Below are positions 55,327 to 64,000 of a stretch of DNA of 64,000 nucleotides, one piece after another. The notes beneath the pieces were generated by a model. That model was not told the origin of the DNA. It made no database searches and worked only from the letters and a program-made list of their open reading frames with translations. Position 1 is the stretch's first letter. The number at the start of each line of letters is the position of its first letter. The position numbers and the translations under genes were made by a program. This stretch comes from a virus, in the IMG/VR virus record IMGVR_UViG_3300048924_000151, positions 3,285 to 67,284 of that record. One strand, written 5' to 3'.

Positions 55327-56409
55327 CTACGGACCCGATACGTACCTTGCGCAGATGCATGTTGCTCTGTTAGCGAGGCCTGAAATGCCAGTCGCTATGA
55401 CGAAACCCGCACCTGTGCTTCTATTTCGTGCGCCTAGGGTGAAGTTCGTCGGCCCTGTGAGAACCGCCTTGTACACCATACCTGCGGAGATTTCAAATCC
55501 TGCGGCCGGGATGGTGTCTGAAATCTGAACGACTGATGTTCCGCCAACGTGTATCCTGAATAAGATACTTGCTGCCGAACTTGCATCAACCGCCCCGACG
55601 ACGGCCGATATCTCCCACGTCTCGCCTGCGGCACCTATTGCGCCAGTCGCGACGATATCTATATCGGTATTCAATGCCAACGCAATGGCAACGTTAAGGA
55701 AGACTTGGATCATCTGTCCTTCACGAGCAGCGCCGATATTTGCGCGACCCTGAGTTTTCTGCGGGGCAGTTAAAGCCTGCGCGACATTCCACGCAACGCT
55801 TCCCGCCGCGATGATGTTAGTAAGGTTCGATCCGTCAAGGGTTGGAAGCTTACCCCCCGCGATGACTTCTACGAGGTTCCCGACCGCGATGCCGACGTTA
55901 CGATCAACAGCAGTGCCGAATTGCTGATTTGAGCGAACCATAGCCAACTGAGGCCCCGTCAATATCTGAGCGACGTTTAGGCGCAGATAGTCGGTCGCGT
56001 TTGTATAGGCGGCACTGCCCAATCCGAGGGCAGCGGCCATTGCCACTGCGCTAACCGTCCATGGGGATGCGGTCGTCCCTGCGCCGACGATGGTGTTGTT
56101 ATCTACGATCTTGTTTTCCGCGCTCCATGCCGCGAAGAAATCAGAAAGATTAGTTAGCGTTGCGCAATTCCAATTGCCATCCGGATTGAGTACGTAAGCA
56201 AACCGGACGATTTCGCTGACGATGGCGTTGATCTGCGCGGCCGAGATGCGAGCCGTACAATCCGATGGCAGTGCGGTAAGCTGGCATGACGACGTAAACG
56301 AAGCGGGGGGACAGTACGCGCTTGGCACGCCAGACGGCGCGAGACACACACCAGCACCGTCTCGAATAACGATACCGCCATTGACGGTATCAGGAAAAAT
56401 TCCGGGCAT
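55327..56409 (-). CDS. Tail fibre / receptor-binding protein 2
   Basis: LGLGSAA and QALTAPQKTQGRANIGA fibre motifs; N-terminus paralogous to 56978..58048. Confidence 0.75.
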   Translation of the reverse strand: MPGIFPDTVNGGIVIRDGAGVCLAPSGVPSAYCPPASFTSSCQLTALPSDCTARISAAQINAIVSEIVRFAYVLNPDGNWNCATLTNLSDFFAAWSAENKIVDNNTIVGAGTTASPWTVSAVAMAAALGLGSAAYTNATDYLRLNVAQILTGPQLAMVRSNQQFGTAVDRNVGIAVGNLVEVIAGGKLPTLDGSNLTNIIAAGSVAWNVAQALTAPQKTQGRANIGAAREGQMIQVFLNVAIALALNTDIDIVATGAIGAAGETWEISAVVGAVDASSAASILFRIHVGGTSVVQISDTIPAAGFEISAGMVYKAVLTGPTNFTLGARNRSTGAGFVIATGISGLANRATCICARYVSGP

Positions 56410-56420
56410 CTAATCTTTCC

Positions 56421-56981
56421 TTACATTGCATCAAATACGGCGTCGATCTCAGCCGTTGTGGTAATTTCGCCGTTCTCGATTTTTTCGAAAAGGCCAGGAA
56501 GAGCATCGAACGTTGACTGAATAAAATCAGCAACATGCGCCGCAGCCGTTATAAAATCTTCCGACGTGATAGCGACGAATGACGTAGGTCCGACCTGCCA
56601 GTTCACCGTTGCGGGAGGATTAGGCAGTTGGATGCGAAGGGCCTTGCCATTCACGAATGCCATTGATACCGGATCGGTAGAGAATTGAATGACCTGATCG
56701 GTAAGCTGAACAGATACGCCGCCCAACGCCTTCTTCATCTGAGACAAGTTCGCGTGAGATATCAACCCCGTTGCTGACGGGATTATAACGCCCGGAGCGA
56801 GCCTTGATAAGACTTCCGATAGCTCATCCTCGTTTGCGATGCGCGTTGCAACGCCACCGCAATCGACCCATGCCGTATATGCCTCGCTGTCCTGCCGAAC
56901 GTATGCGGCAGATGCCGACGAAAAAACCATTTGTCCGACATCTCCGACGATCCAGTACCAATTAAGAGCATTAAAAGTCAT
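56421..56981 (-). CDS. Tail fibre assembly/chaperone-like protein
   Basis: Between fibres; C-terminal GEITTTAEIDAVF. Confidence 0.6.
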   Translation of the reverse strand: MTFNALNWYWIVGDVGQMVFSSASAAYVRQDSEAYTAWVDCGGVATRIANEDELSEVLSRLAPGVIIPSATGLISHANLSQMKKALGGVSVQLTDQVIQFSTDPVSMAFVNGKALRIQLPNPPATVNWQVGPTSFVAITSEDFITAAAHVADFIQSTFDALPGLFEKIENGEITTTAEIDAVFDAM

Positions 56982-58048
56982 GTGTATTGTCCTCCGGAGC
57001 CGGTAACGCCCGCGATAGTGCCGGGCAGGTAGCTAGTCGATTGACCGTTGGTGTCGACAACGGAATTCTGCGTGGCGCTGTACTTGTAACCGGTAACGTT
57101 ACCGGCACCAGTGATCGAGGCATAGCGCGGCTGGGCAAGGGAAAGCTGTACGAGCAGGCACCATACCGCACTCGCACCGCCAACCGACGCTGTGATGTTA
57201 AGGATAGGGTTGATACTCGTAAGATATCGCGATCCATTAATGACGACAAGGAAGTTGCCATATGATCCGCTGATAGTTTGCGTTACTGTTGCAAGAGCAC
57301 CAGCCGGACCGTAAACGAGTGTCGATCCATTTTGCAGATAAATTTGGTTCAGGGTTACGAAACCATGATCAATATTATAGATCGAGTGCGACCCGGTAAC
57401 GACGGTGATGCCGTTTCCGCCTCCGGTATTCGTAACCTTGAAACCGGCGATACAGTATCCGCCGCCGCCGACCCCGTTCAAGGTGATCGCATTGCCGTTA
57501 CCACCGCCGCCTGTCTGATTGATAATGCAATTCGCAGGCGTCGCAAGATCACCGAGAATATATACAGTACCGTTGCCGATAACGCCTGCGGTGTTGATAG
57601 GTCCGTAGACGCCAGAAGCAACGTGGATACGAATGCTAAACCCGTTCAGATTGAATAGGCCAGTTACAGCAAGTGCATGGTCAATAGTCGCCCAAGGGCC
57701 ATGTGCTCCGCTTATGGTTGCCGTAGTTCCATCGTAAAGGGTATCGCTTCCGGTAGCGGCATTGACATAGTAGTCGAGCGATGTCGTGAGGAACGGCGGA
57801 AGAACGGGAAGCATCGAACGAATTGCACGACACAGATTGTCAAGCCTATTGCAATCATACGGCATGCTTGCGCATGCCATCACATTTAGCATTTCAGATA
57901 TAACCGCGTTAGCCTGCGCAGGATCAAAGCGCGGAACACAACGAGATGTAGAATAGAAAAGCTCAGCGCAGCCTGCTACGGATGGAACGTCCACCGTATT
58001 CTTCGCGTCTGATGCGGGAACGCCGCTATTCGGATAAATGCCTGACAT
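56978..58048 (-). CDS. Tail fibre / spike protein 1
   Basis: YYVNAATGSD...PWATIDHAL beta-helix-type start; follows baseplate. Confidence 0.75.
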   Translation of the reverse strand: MSGIYPNSGVPASDAKNTVDVPSVAGCAELFYSTSRCVPRFDPAQANAVISEMLNVMACASMPYDCNRLDNLCRAIRSMLPVLPPFLTTSLDYYVNAATGSDTLYDGTTATISGAHGPWATIDHALAVTGLFNLNGFSIRIHVASGVYGPINTAGVIGNGTVYILGDLATPANCIINQTGGGGNGNAITLNGVGGGGYCIAGFKVTNTGGGNGITVVTGSHSIYNIDHGFVTLNQIYLQNGSTLVYGPAGALATVTQTISGSYGNFLVVINGSRYLTSINPILNITASVGGASAVWCLLVQLSLAQPRYASITGAGNVTGYKYSATQNSVVDTNGQSTSYLPGTIAGVTGSGGQYT

Positions 58049-58059
58049 TGTTTATTCCT

Positions 58060-58953
58060 TTAGCAGGTTCGGAAGATGTTGTTTGGGCATGCTACCGGTA
58101 GCATGGATCGAACGATACATTCTGCCGCGATGACGCCGGGCCAGATTTGGTCAGGCATTCCAGCAGGACGATTGCAAGTATTCAAATGAATGACTGCATC
58201 TACAATCCCAGCAGCGGCATCGGGACAAGCGATATCGGAAGGAAGACAGGCTTGAAGAGTGTCACCGATAGGATACAACTCAAATTCCGCCCCCTCGCAT
58301 GAGCACGGATATCCCGGAAGATCGCCCCCCTCGCGCGGGCGAATACCCGCTCCGAGGGGGGCGATCACCCAGTTAAGCCACGCAAGCGTCTTAACGCCGC
58401 CATTGTTAGCACGGGTAAGCGCTTTGACGATGCCAAGTTTAACCGCGCATTCAAGTTCTTCCGGACTATCGACCGGGCAGAAAACAGGGCCGCACTCTCC
58501 CATGATTTCGAACGGCGTAAGCGTTCCGAGAAGGACCGACCGGCAAGACGTAGCATAGCAATCCTGCCAGCCGAGCCGAGCGATCCAGTCATCTAAACTC
58601 GCCTTCGTAGCTGTGTTCGGATCACTCTCACGAAGGTTCTTGGCCAATCCATTCTGCAACATGTCGCGAAAAAGAATGGAGAGATACACGGCATATGATA
58701 CAAGCCCTTGGCATGTCATATCAGTAGGCTGGTAATCTAGCTCGCAAGCGTTGACGCCGTTGCCTGAGCGATAATAGCTCATGGTTTCTGCCTTCGGTCG
58801 ATCCCACAAAGGGCCAGACGGAAGCAGTTGTATAAAGCTACATGCCATCCCGCATGCATCGATCTGACAAAGCGGAACCGGGCAGCAATCGTCAGATGCG
58901 ATTACTCCAATTCCGTCTTGCAGACCGTCAGATGTCAATACGCTCATGTGCAA
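58060..58953 (-). CDS. Baseplate wedge protein (Mu gp48-like), Cys-rich
   Basis: QLLPSGPLW, ESDPNTA...LDDW; 20 Cys. Confidence 0.8.
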   Translation of the reverse strand: MHMSVLTSDGLQDGIGVIASDDCCPVPLCQIDACGMACSFIQLLPSGPLWDRPKAETMSYYRSGNGVNACELDYQPTDMTCQGLVSYAVYLSILFRDMLQNGLAKNLRESDPNTATKASLDDWIARLGWQDCYATSCRSVLLGTLTPFEIMGECGPVFCPVDSPEELECAVKLGIVKALTRANNGGVKTLAWLNWVIAPLGAGIRPREGGDLPGYPCSCEGAEFELYPIGDTLQACLPSDIACPDAAAGIVDAVIHLNTCNRPAGMPDQIWPGVIAAECIVRSMLPVACPNNIFRTC

Positions 58954-60149
58954 GTGCCAGTGGCAACGGCAGGGCCGGTAAAGTAAATTTCATTCAAGCA
59001 CGGCATGTAATCACACTCTGGCTCTAGATCGCCGCAAGCCGTAACATGAACTTTAGATTCATCCGGAGTAACTGGAACGAAGATAACATCGCTATCAATC
59101 GACGCGCCGATAACCCCTGCGACGACAAGAGAAATCTGCTTCGCTCGCAAAGGTTCAGACGGATTAACAAGACTCATAAGATCGGTAATGCGAGCGCGAA
59201 TTGATGCGAGTTGAGCGATGGTCGGGCATCCGACGATGTCAACACGAACATCGACCATAAACGATTTCGGAAGCGCAATGCTACCGCATACGCCGATTTC
59301 AACTTGTCCTTGTCCATATCCCTGCGTCTCTCCGAAGAACCAGCCCGACACTTCGTCAAGAACGTTTTGTGGAGCAATGCCGCAAGGGAATGAGTTGTCG
59401 AACATGACATAAAAATCTAGGGTGCCGCCGCACGTCTGGCATTCGCAATCAGTCCCTTCTCCGCAGCGGCAGCAAGAGCCTGCGCGGGGAATGACCCGAG
59501 TGACGCAATCCCATTCGAGAAGCTTTTCAATAGCCCAGGCCTGCGTTGCACGCGGCTGATACTGCTTACGGGCGATGTATCTAGTTCGGAAAGTTTCGCA
59601 ATCTTCACCGAGCTTACCACCGCAGAGTGACCCCCCGCAGATGGTCACTGCATCGTCGATACCAACGATTGGATTAGACAGCGTTGCAGTCGTTACGACG
59701 CCAGCAGAATTTCCATCGGGACCCGGCTGTGTATCCTGAACTCGTAGGGTTAGCGCGCCTTCCGTTCCCATTGACGTAGGAATATTGCCAATCGTCGCAT
59801 AGTTGCGGCCGTTCGTTGCCGTTATCTGGATGCGCGACGGAAGGGGAGAGCCGGGAATTCCTGTGATTATAACATATCCAGTCGCATATCTTGCTGGATA
59901 AGGAACAACGCCATCGTTCGATGCCATCTTGATAAGGTTGTCGCAGCATGCGTATCTAGGATCGCGCTCTTTCCAATACTGCTCGCTGATGGCATAGAAT
60001 TCTTCTGCCATCGCATAATTTAGCGCGACAACATACCACTCGTTACTCTCCGGAACGACTGGAGCGCCGCCAAGAACGTTCGCAGAGAACATATTCTTGT
60101 ACTGATCAAAAAGGACTTGCGGGTTCGGCCGAGAGATCAAGCAGGTCAT
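58944..60149 (-). CDS. Baseplate J-like protein (Mu gp47), Cys-rich
   Basis: ATGYVIITG, GPDGN, GEDCETFRTR motifs. Confidence 0.88.
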   Translation of the reverse strand: MTCLISRPNPQVLFDQYKNMFSANVLGGAPVVPESNEWYVVALNYAMAEEFYAISEQYWKERDPRYACCDNLIKMASNDGVVPYPARYATGYVIITGIPGSPLPSRIQITATNGRNYATIGNIPTSMGTEGALTLRVQDTQPGPDGNSAGVVTTATLSNPIVGIDDAVTICGGSLCGGKLGEDCETFRTRYIARKQYQPRATQAWAIEKLLEWDCVTRVIPRAGSCCRCGEGTDCECQTCGGTLDFYVMFDNSFPCGIAPQNVLDEVSGWFFGETQGYGQGQVEIGVCGSIALPKSFMVDVRVDIVGCPTIAQLASIRARITDLMSLVNPSEPLRAKQISLVVAGVIGASIDSDVIFVPVTPDESKVHVTACGDLEPECDYMPCLNEIYFTGPAVATGTCT

Positions 60150-60150
60150 A

Positions 60151-60705
60151 TCAATTCCATACCCAAGATATTGCACTGCGTTCGCCGGTCAGTCCGACTT
60201 TAGCATCAACGCCCGCGATTGAAGTTACAACGATATCTACTTTGACCTTATTGCCGCCGATGTACGTTGCATTGACAACGACCGAGCTAGCGATTTCCAT
60301 CGAGATCAATTTACTTAAATCATTCTCAAGATGCGCTTTTACGGCTGCAATGCTGTCTTTGATTGATCGCCCTGTCTTCAATTCTCTGACAAGGGTACCA
60401 GTCTTTTGGCCATCGTTACGATAGCTCTCCGACCAATGGCCTCCCTGCTGCCACGCTTCATATCCGCAGGATCGATCAGGCAATTTCGCATCAGTGCCAA
60501 GGATATTTAACAACAAGCCGCGAACCCAATCCGAAGTAACAAAAGATCGAGGCGTGCCGGGATCGCTGGTGACCGGAGTAAGCAATAGGCCGGGCCGACC
60601 GCAATCCATATTGCACTCTGCAACAGTACCGCAGGCATTCGGCTGCGTCGTCCAAAAATGACGACGGCGCTCTGCAAAATTGGCGCTGCATGCTGCAATG
60701 GCCAT
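60151..60705 (-). CDS. Baseplate protein (Mu gp46-like)
   Basis: LGTDA...GGHWSESY...GTL pattern; synteny. Confidence 0.8.
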   Translation of the reverse strand: MAIAACSANFAERRRHFWTTQPNACGTVAECNMDCGRPGLLLTPVTSDPGTPRSFVTSDWVRGLLLNILGTDAKLPDRSCGYEAWQQGGHWSESYRNDGQKTGTLVRELKTGRSIKDSIAAVKAHLENDLSKLISMEIASSVVVNATYIGGNKVKVDIVVTSIAGVDAKVGLTGERSAISWVWN

Positions 60706-61232
60706 TATGCTTCAAACCCCGGAATTGTTTTCGTGCCCGGCTCAACAAGAGGGGTTACCACCTTCTCGTTGACATACAAAACCTTCTTAACAATCATCTC
60801 ATCGGCGCGAATGTATACTTTGCCATCGATTACTTCGATGACGCCTTCCATGCCAATGGCGAACTTGTCTTTGGTAATATGCGCTCTCTTCGCATTGAAC
60901 TCAAACGCGAAATCTTTATCGTTCCAGTGCTGAAGCCCATTCGAGCCTTCTTTCCAATTCCGCTGCTTATCGCGCGGGATCGTAAGATGCGCCATCTTCA
61001 AGTTTGTATCGGAGCTAGATGCTAACAGAAACACTTCCGTGTTACTGTTTTTCGGCAGATGCATTCCGACGCCGTTGTTCATGACAACGGCCTCTTCATC
61101 TACAGTGCCGGTGCCACGAACCTTTATGACCGATCCAGCGTCTTTGACAAACGTCTGCTCGCCCCAGACATGGCGTTCAAAGCCGTCTTGGATATCTCGC
61201 GTTCGTTCAGCATATCGCTGGACAGAGGTCAT
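60705..61232 (-). CDS. Baseplate spike (Mu gp45-like)
   Basis: Synteny between hub and gp46; 175 aa. Confidence 0.75.
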   Translation of the reverse strand: MTSVQRYAERTRDIQDGFERHVWGEQTFVKDAGSVIKVRGTGTVDEEAVVMNNGVGMHLPKNSNTEVFLLASSSDTNLKMAHLTIPRDKQRNWKEGSNGLQHWNDKDFAFEFNAKRAHITKDKFAIGMEGVIEVIDGKVYIRADEMIVKKVLYVNEKVVTPLVEPGTKTIPGFEA

Positions 61233-61236
61233 CGGC

Positions 61237-62583
61237 TCAACTTATCTTTAATGGCGGAGTTGGCTGCGAAGCGTTTACCAGCGTTTGCAGGAACGGTGCC
61301 GGGGCTTCGACCGGCAAAACGTCTGCAACAAGCGTTAGGACTGGGCCTGACCAAGGACTAGGATACTGCCCCGGCGTAAACGTTACCCCGGCTGCGGCCC
61401 TGCGGCTAGCCCCTAGCGAAGATAAAGACGAGACAGCCGATCCGAGCGCAGATAGCAATCCTCCGCCATCTTCGCCAGCAATGCCGCCACCGACGCCACC
61501 GCTAGGAGGCGGAGAAAGGGTGAGGGTTGTTTTAAGTGTCTTGTCGTTCTGCACTGTATATGTTAGCTCAGTGCATTCCATCTCGTCAAAAATCCCCTCA
61601 GGGGGGACTTCGACATAATGAACATTTCCAATATCCCAAGGATCGCCAGTGGTAGTCTGCACATGAAACACTTCAATCGTAACAGTCTTGCTCTCAGAAG
61701 ACCGTTTATCAGTTTCGAATTTTGCTCTACGCTCAAGTGCTTCATCAGTAGCGTCTCCATAATGCTGAATGATATACGGAGCATTCGACTGAACCCAAGC
61801 ATCCTTGACGGTCTTTTCCGTTTTCAGAAGCGCTGCTTCACCCCAAAGTTCCTTTTTCGTGCGCTGCCCCTTGACCTTAACTTCTGATCTTGCATCTTCT
61901 TCACTCTGCTCTGCTGAGAAAGTGAGTATGTTCTGTCCAAGGATGAGAGCCTCGCCGGACCCGTCGCCGGTCCCATCCGTAACGCGAAGCTTGCCCTCAC
62001 GAGTTTCATAAATGAAATGACCGTTTTCAGAGCCGACCCGAAATATTTCATCTGCCACCTTTGCGCCATCACGGAAACGAACCTTGTCAAGCTTGATAAC
62101 TTTAGACTTCCAGTCAAGATCGATCTGAAAATCGGACACTAGTTTTTCTACTACTTCTTTGTTGGTCGGCTGCATCATGTTGGTAGTCTTATGTTGATGC
62201 GAGCTATCGATCAAATACTTCGTCTTTCCGCGTGCAGTCAGCTTGACTGTGTATTCGTTCGGTCCTATGCTAACAGACCGCCCGCCGCCGCCCGCATCGG
62301 TGCTTTGTTCCGGATTGTCGTCCGTGCCGCTCTTGCCGTGCTTTGCTCCGGTTCCGGTTCGTGAATCGACCTTGCCGGTGAATGCGAGTTGCCCGCCGAC
62401 GTACACCGTTATTTCTTTGCCACGATTTGCGCCTACCATTACGGGCGCTTTCGGAACGTAACTGAAGAAAATGCTTACCGACAATTCGCCAGTCATGTCT
62501 TTCTTCTTGCGGGTCAACGTTGATTCGGTCCAGCCTTCAAGCTTGCTGCCGCCGATGTAAATTTCATAAGGGTCCGCCATCAC
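61237..62583 (-). CDS. Baseplate hub (Mu gp44/P-like)
   Basis: LTARGKTKYLIDSS, LILGQNI, RSEVKVKGQ motifs. Confidence 0.85.
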   Translation of the reverse strand: MMADPYEIYIGGSKLEGWTESTLTRKKKDMTGELSVSIFFSYVPKAPVMVGANRGKEITVYVGGQLAFTGKVDSRTGTGAKHGKSGTDDNPEQSTDAGGGGRSVSIGPNEYTVKLTARGKTKYLIDSSHQHKTTNMMQPTNKEVVEKLVSDFQIDLDWKSKVIKLDKVRFRDGAKVADEIFRVGSENGHFIYETREGKLRVTDGTGDGSGEALILGQNILTFSAEQSEEDARSEVKVKGQRTKKELWGEAALLKTEKTVKDAWVQSNAPYIIQHYGDATDEALERRAKFETDKRSSESKTVTIEVFHVQTTTGDPWDIGNVHYVEVPPEGIFDEMECTELTYTVQNDKTLKTTLTLSPPPSGGVGGGIAGEDGGGLLSALGSAVSSLSSLGASRRAAAGVTFTPGQYPSPWSGPVLTLVADVLPVEAPAPFLQTLVNASQPTPPLKIS

Positions 62584-63764
62584 AAACTCACGCTCGTTAC
62601 AGTCGATCCAAATCGGCCGGACTGTGTCAACAGATTGCCCATCTCAAGATCGCGATGACGCTTCGCATCGCCATAGATCGAATATGCGGCAGCGAGAGGA
62701 TGAACGCCGCCTCCGAAGTTGTAACGAACGAGGCCCGGCAGCGTGAAAGCTTTTACGAGAATGGAGTTCTGAGCATCGACCGTGAATCGACGAAGGTTTA
62801 TGAATGTAGAGTTTCTGCATTCGGCGTATGCGAGAGAAATTTCGGACTGGATAAGCGACATGAACTTATCAAGATAGTTGAACGCTTCATTCATTGACCC
62901 GAAGCGAATTTCCATGATAGCTTGACCCATCGTCGCCGCAGCAACGACACGGGAGAATTCATAGATCGAATTCTCAACACTAGCACTGCTATCAGGGATC
63001 GAGCTACTGCGCGCATTCGCATTGGCAATATTGCGCATGGCTTGGAATTTATCATCGCCGGTAGTCTTATTTGCGACGGCCTGAATGCCAAGGCTAATCG
63101 CCTTCGTAAGCATCGCCTTATCTCTAAGCAATTCAGAATCATTTGCGAGAGTATTAAAATCACTAATGATCTGATTCGTAGTCGCATCGGGCGCAGATGC
63201 AACGGCCTTCTTGAATTCTGCAAGGATCGCCATAACCGACCGAGATGCAGCGGCAATAACTTGCGGCTGACGATGCACTGCTACGTCGTCAATAAGATAC
63301 GCCTGCGCAAAGTCGTCTGTTGCGCTGAGAATTATGTCATCGGTAAAAATGCCGAGCACAGTTCCGATAAGCGACATGCCAGAAGGCCATTCATTCGCTT
63401 CCACGAATTCGATATCAACAATCGTGATACCTTGGCCTTCCATAACGTCGTCGGTCACCTTTATCGATTTGCATGCGGCCATTACGAGGCCGCGCGTCGG
63501 ATGAGAGAACGGACCTGGGCCTACGCTTTCGCAGGCCGCAATAAGGACGCTAGAATCAGCTATGTGCGAATTGAGAACGAAACGTCCCTTGATGGTATAG
63601 GTCCGAATACGACGGCCCATATCAGCATATGCCGTTCTCTCTCCGAACGGGAATTCGCCTTCCGCACCGCGACGGCCATGCTCGCTGCCTGCCTCCATAG
63701 CTTCGAACGGCACGCCCTTAAAGGATGCCGGAGCGTAGAGGTCCTGATAACAGCCGAGTGCCAT
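62580..63764 (-). CDS. Mu gpN-like DNA circularization / tail tube initiator protein
   Basis: PASFKGVPF...GRR...EFPF...DMGR, GPGPFSHP. Confidence 0.88.
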   Translation of the reverse strand: MALGCYQDLYAPASFKGVPFEAMEAGSEHGRRGAEGEFPFGERTAYADMGRRIRTYTIKGRFVLNSHIADSSVLIAACESVGPGPFSHPTRGLVMAACKSIKVTDDVMEGQGITIVDIEFVEANEWPSGMSLIGTVLGIFTDDIILSATDDFAQAYLIDDVAVHRQPQVIAAASRSVMAILAEFKKAVASAPDATTNQIISDFNTLANDSELLRDKAMLTKAISLGIQAVANKTTGDDKFQAMRNIANANARSSSIPDSSASVENSIYEFSRVVAAATMGQAIMEIRFGSMNEAFNYLDKFMSLIQSEISLAYAECRNSTFINLRRFTVDAQNSILVKAFTLPGLVRYNFGGGVHPLAAAYSIYGDAKRHRDLEMGNLLTQSGRFGSTVTSVSL

Positions 63765-63863
63765 GGTAGTCTCCGATCAGAGCGCGGGGGGCGGAGGTGA
63801 AAACAACGCCCCCCGGCCGGACTTCGCAGCGGAAAAGAACCACCAAAACCGCTGCGAAATTAC

Positions 63864-64000
63864 CTATTTCAATTTAGCCCCGGCAATAGCTGCGCGGAAT
63901 TTAACATCGTTATTTTTTGCTTCCATTAGGATGGTCAGCCTAGCAAAAAGCTTTCGCATCGGAAGTGCAGAGAAATCGAACCCAGTATGATAGCTTATAC
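63864..64000 (-). CDS. C-terminal fragment of upstream tail gene (possible tail assembly chaperone)
   Basis: Open frame ...ISYHTGFDFSALPMRKLFARLTILMEAKNNDVKFRAAIAGAKLK*. Confidence 0.45.
   Translation of the reverse strand, partial: ISYHTGFDFSALPMRKLFARLTILMEAKNNDVKFRAAIAGAKLK

Larger units (their letters stand above)
1..64000. mobile_element. Near-complete tailed phage genome (contractile-tail myovirus, 7-7-1/Milano-like structural module; apparently virulent)
   Basis: Head-neck-sheath-tube-baseplate-fibre-lysis and replication gene sets; no host housekeeping genes, integrase or repressor recognised; tail module continues across the window ends. Confidence 0.95.

Noticed and set aside
1-64000. 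tRNA genes, integrase/att site, reverse transcriptase/DGR, stop-codon recoding
   Set aside because: None recognised by eye; genes are intact in the standard code and end in all three stop codons

Overview
This window is almost a whole virulent myovirus genome, read as a circular permutation. The tape-measure gene is cut at position 1 and a gene upstream of the tail-tip genes is cut at 64000. The host is probably an alphaproteobacterium (rhizobia/Agrobacterium; inference). The minus strand carries a Cys-rich morphogenesis module resembling Agrobacterium phages 7-7-1/Milano: TerS, TerL, HK97-type portal, protease and capsid, neck, Mu-like sheath, tube and baseplate, two fibres, endolysin and spanins. 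It also carries a primase-helicase followed by an iteron-like origin. The plus strand (26.0-53.8 kb) carries early genes behind repeated promoter-stem-loop cassettes, an SNF2 helicase and an SSB-like protein. It ends in a tightly coupled operon: FAD oxidoreductase/UDP-galactopyranose-mutase-like protein, divergent ThyX, HAD phosphatase, NodU-like carbamoyltransferase, nucleotide pyrophosphatase-like protein, DnaQ, HNH and DnaE. This operon is the best candidate for an undescribed DNA-modification system. Features absent from the ORF track include an intergenic type II hammerhead ribozyme, two paralogous CRPxC micro-peptides, a duplicated covarying hairpin-promoter-minigene element, and a gene cassette flanked by 27-bp direct repeats. 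I saw no integrase, repressor, tRNA or CRISPR array. All product calls come from motif recognition by eye, not database searches.
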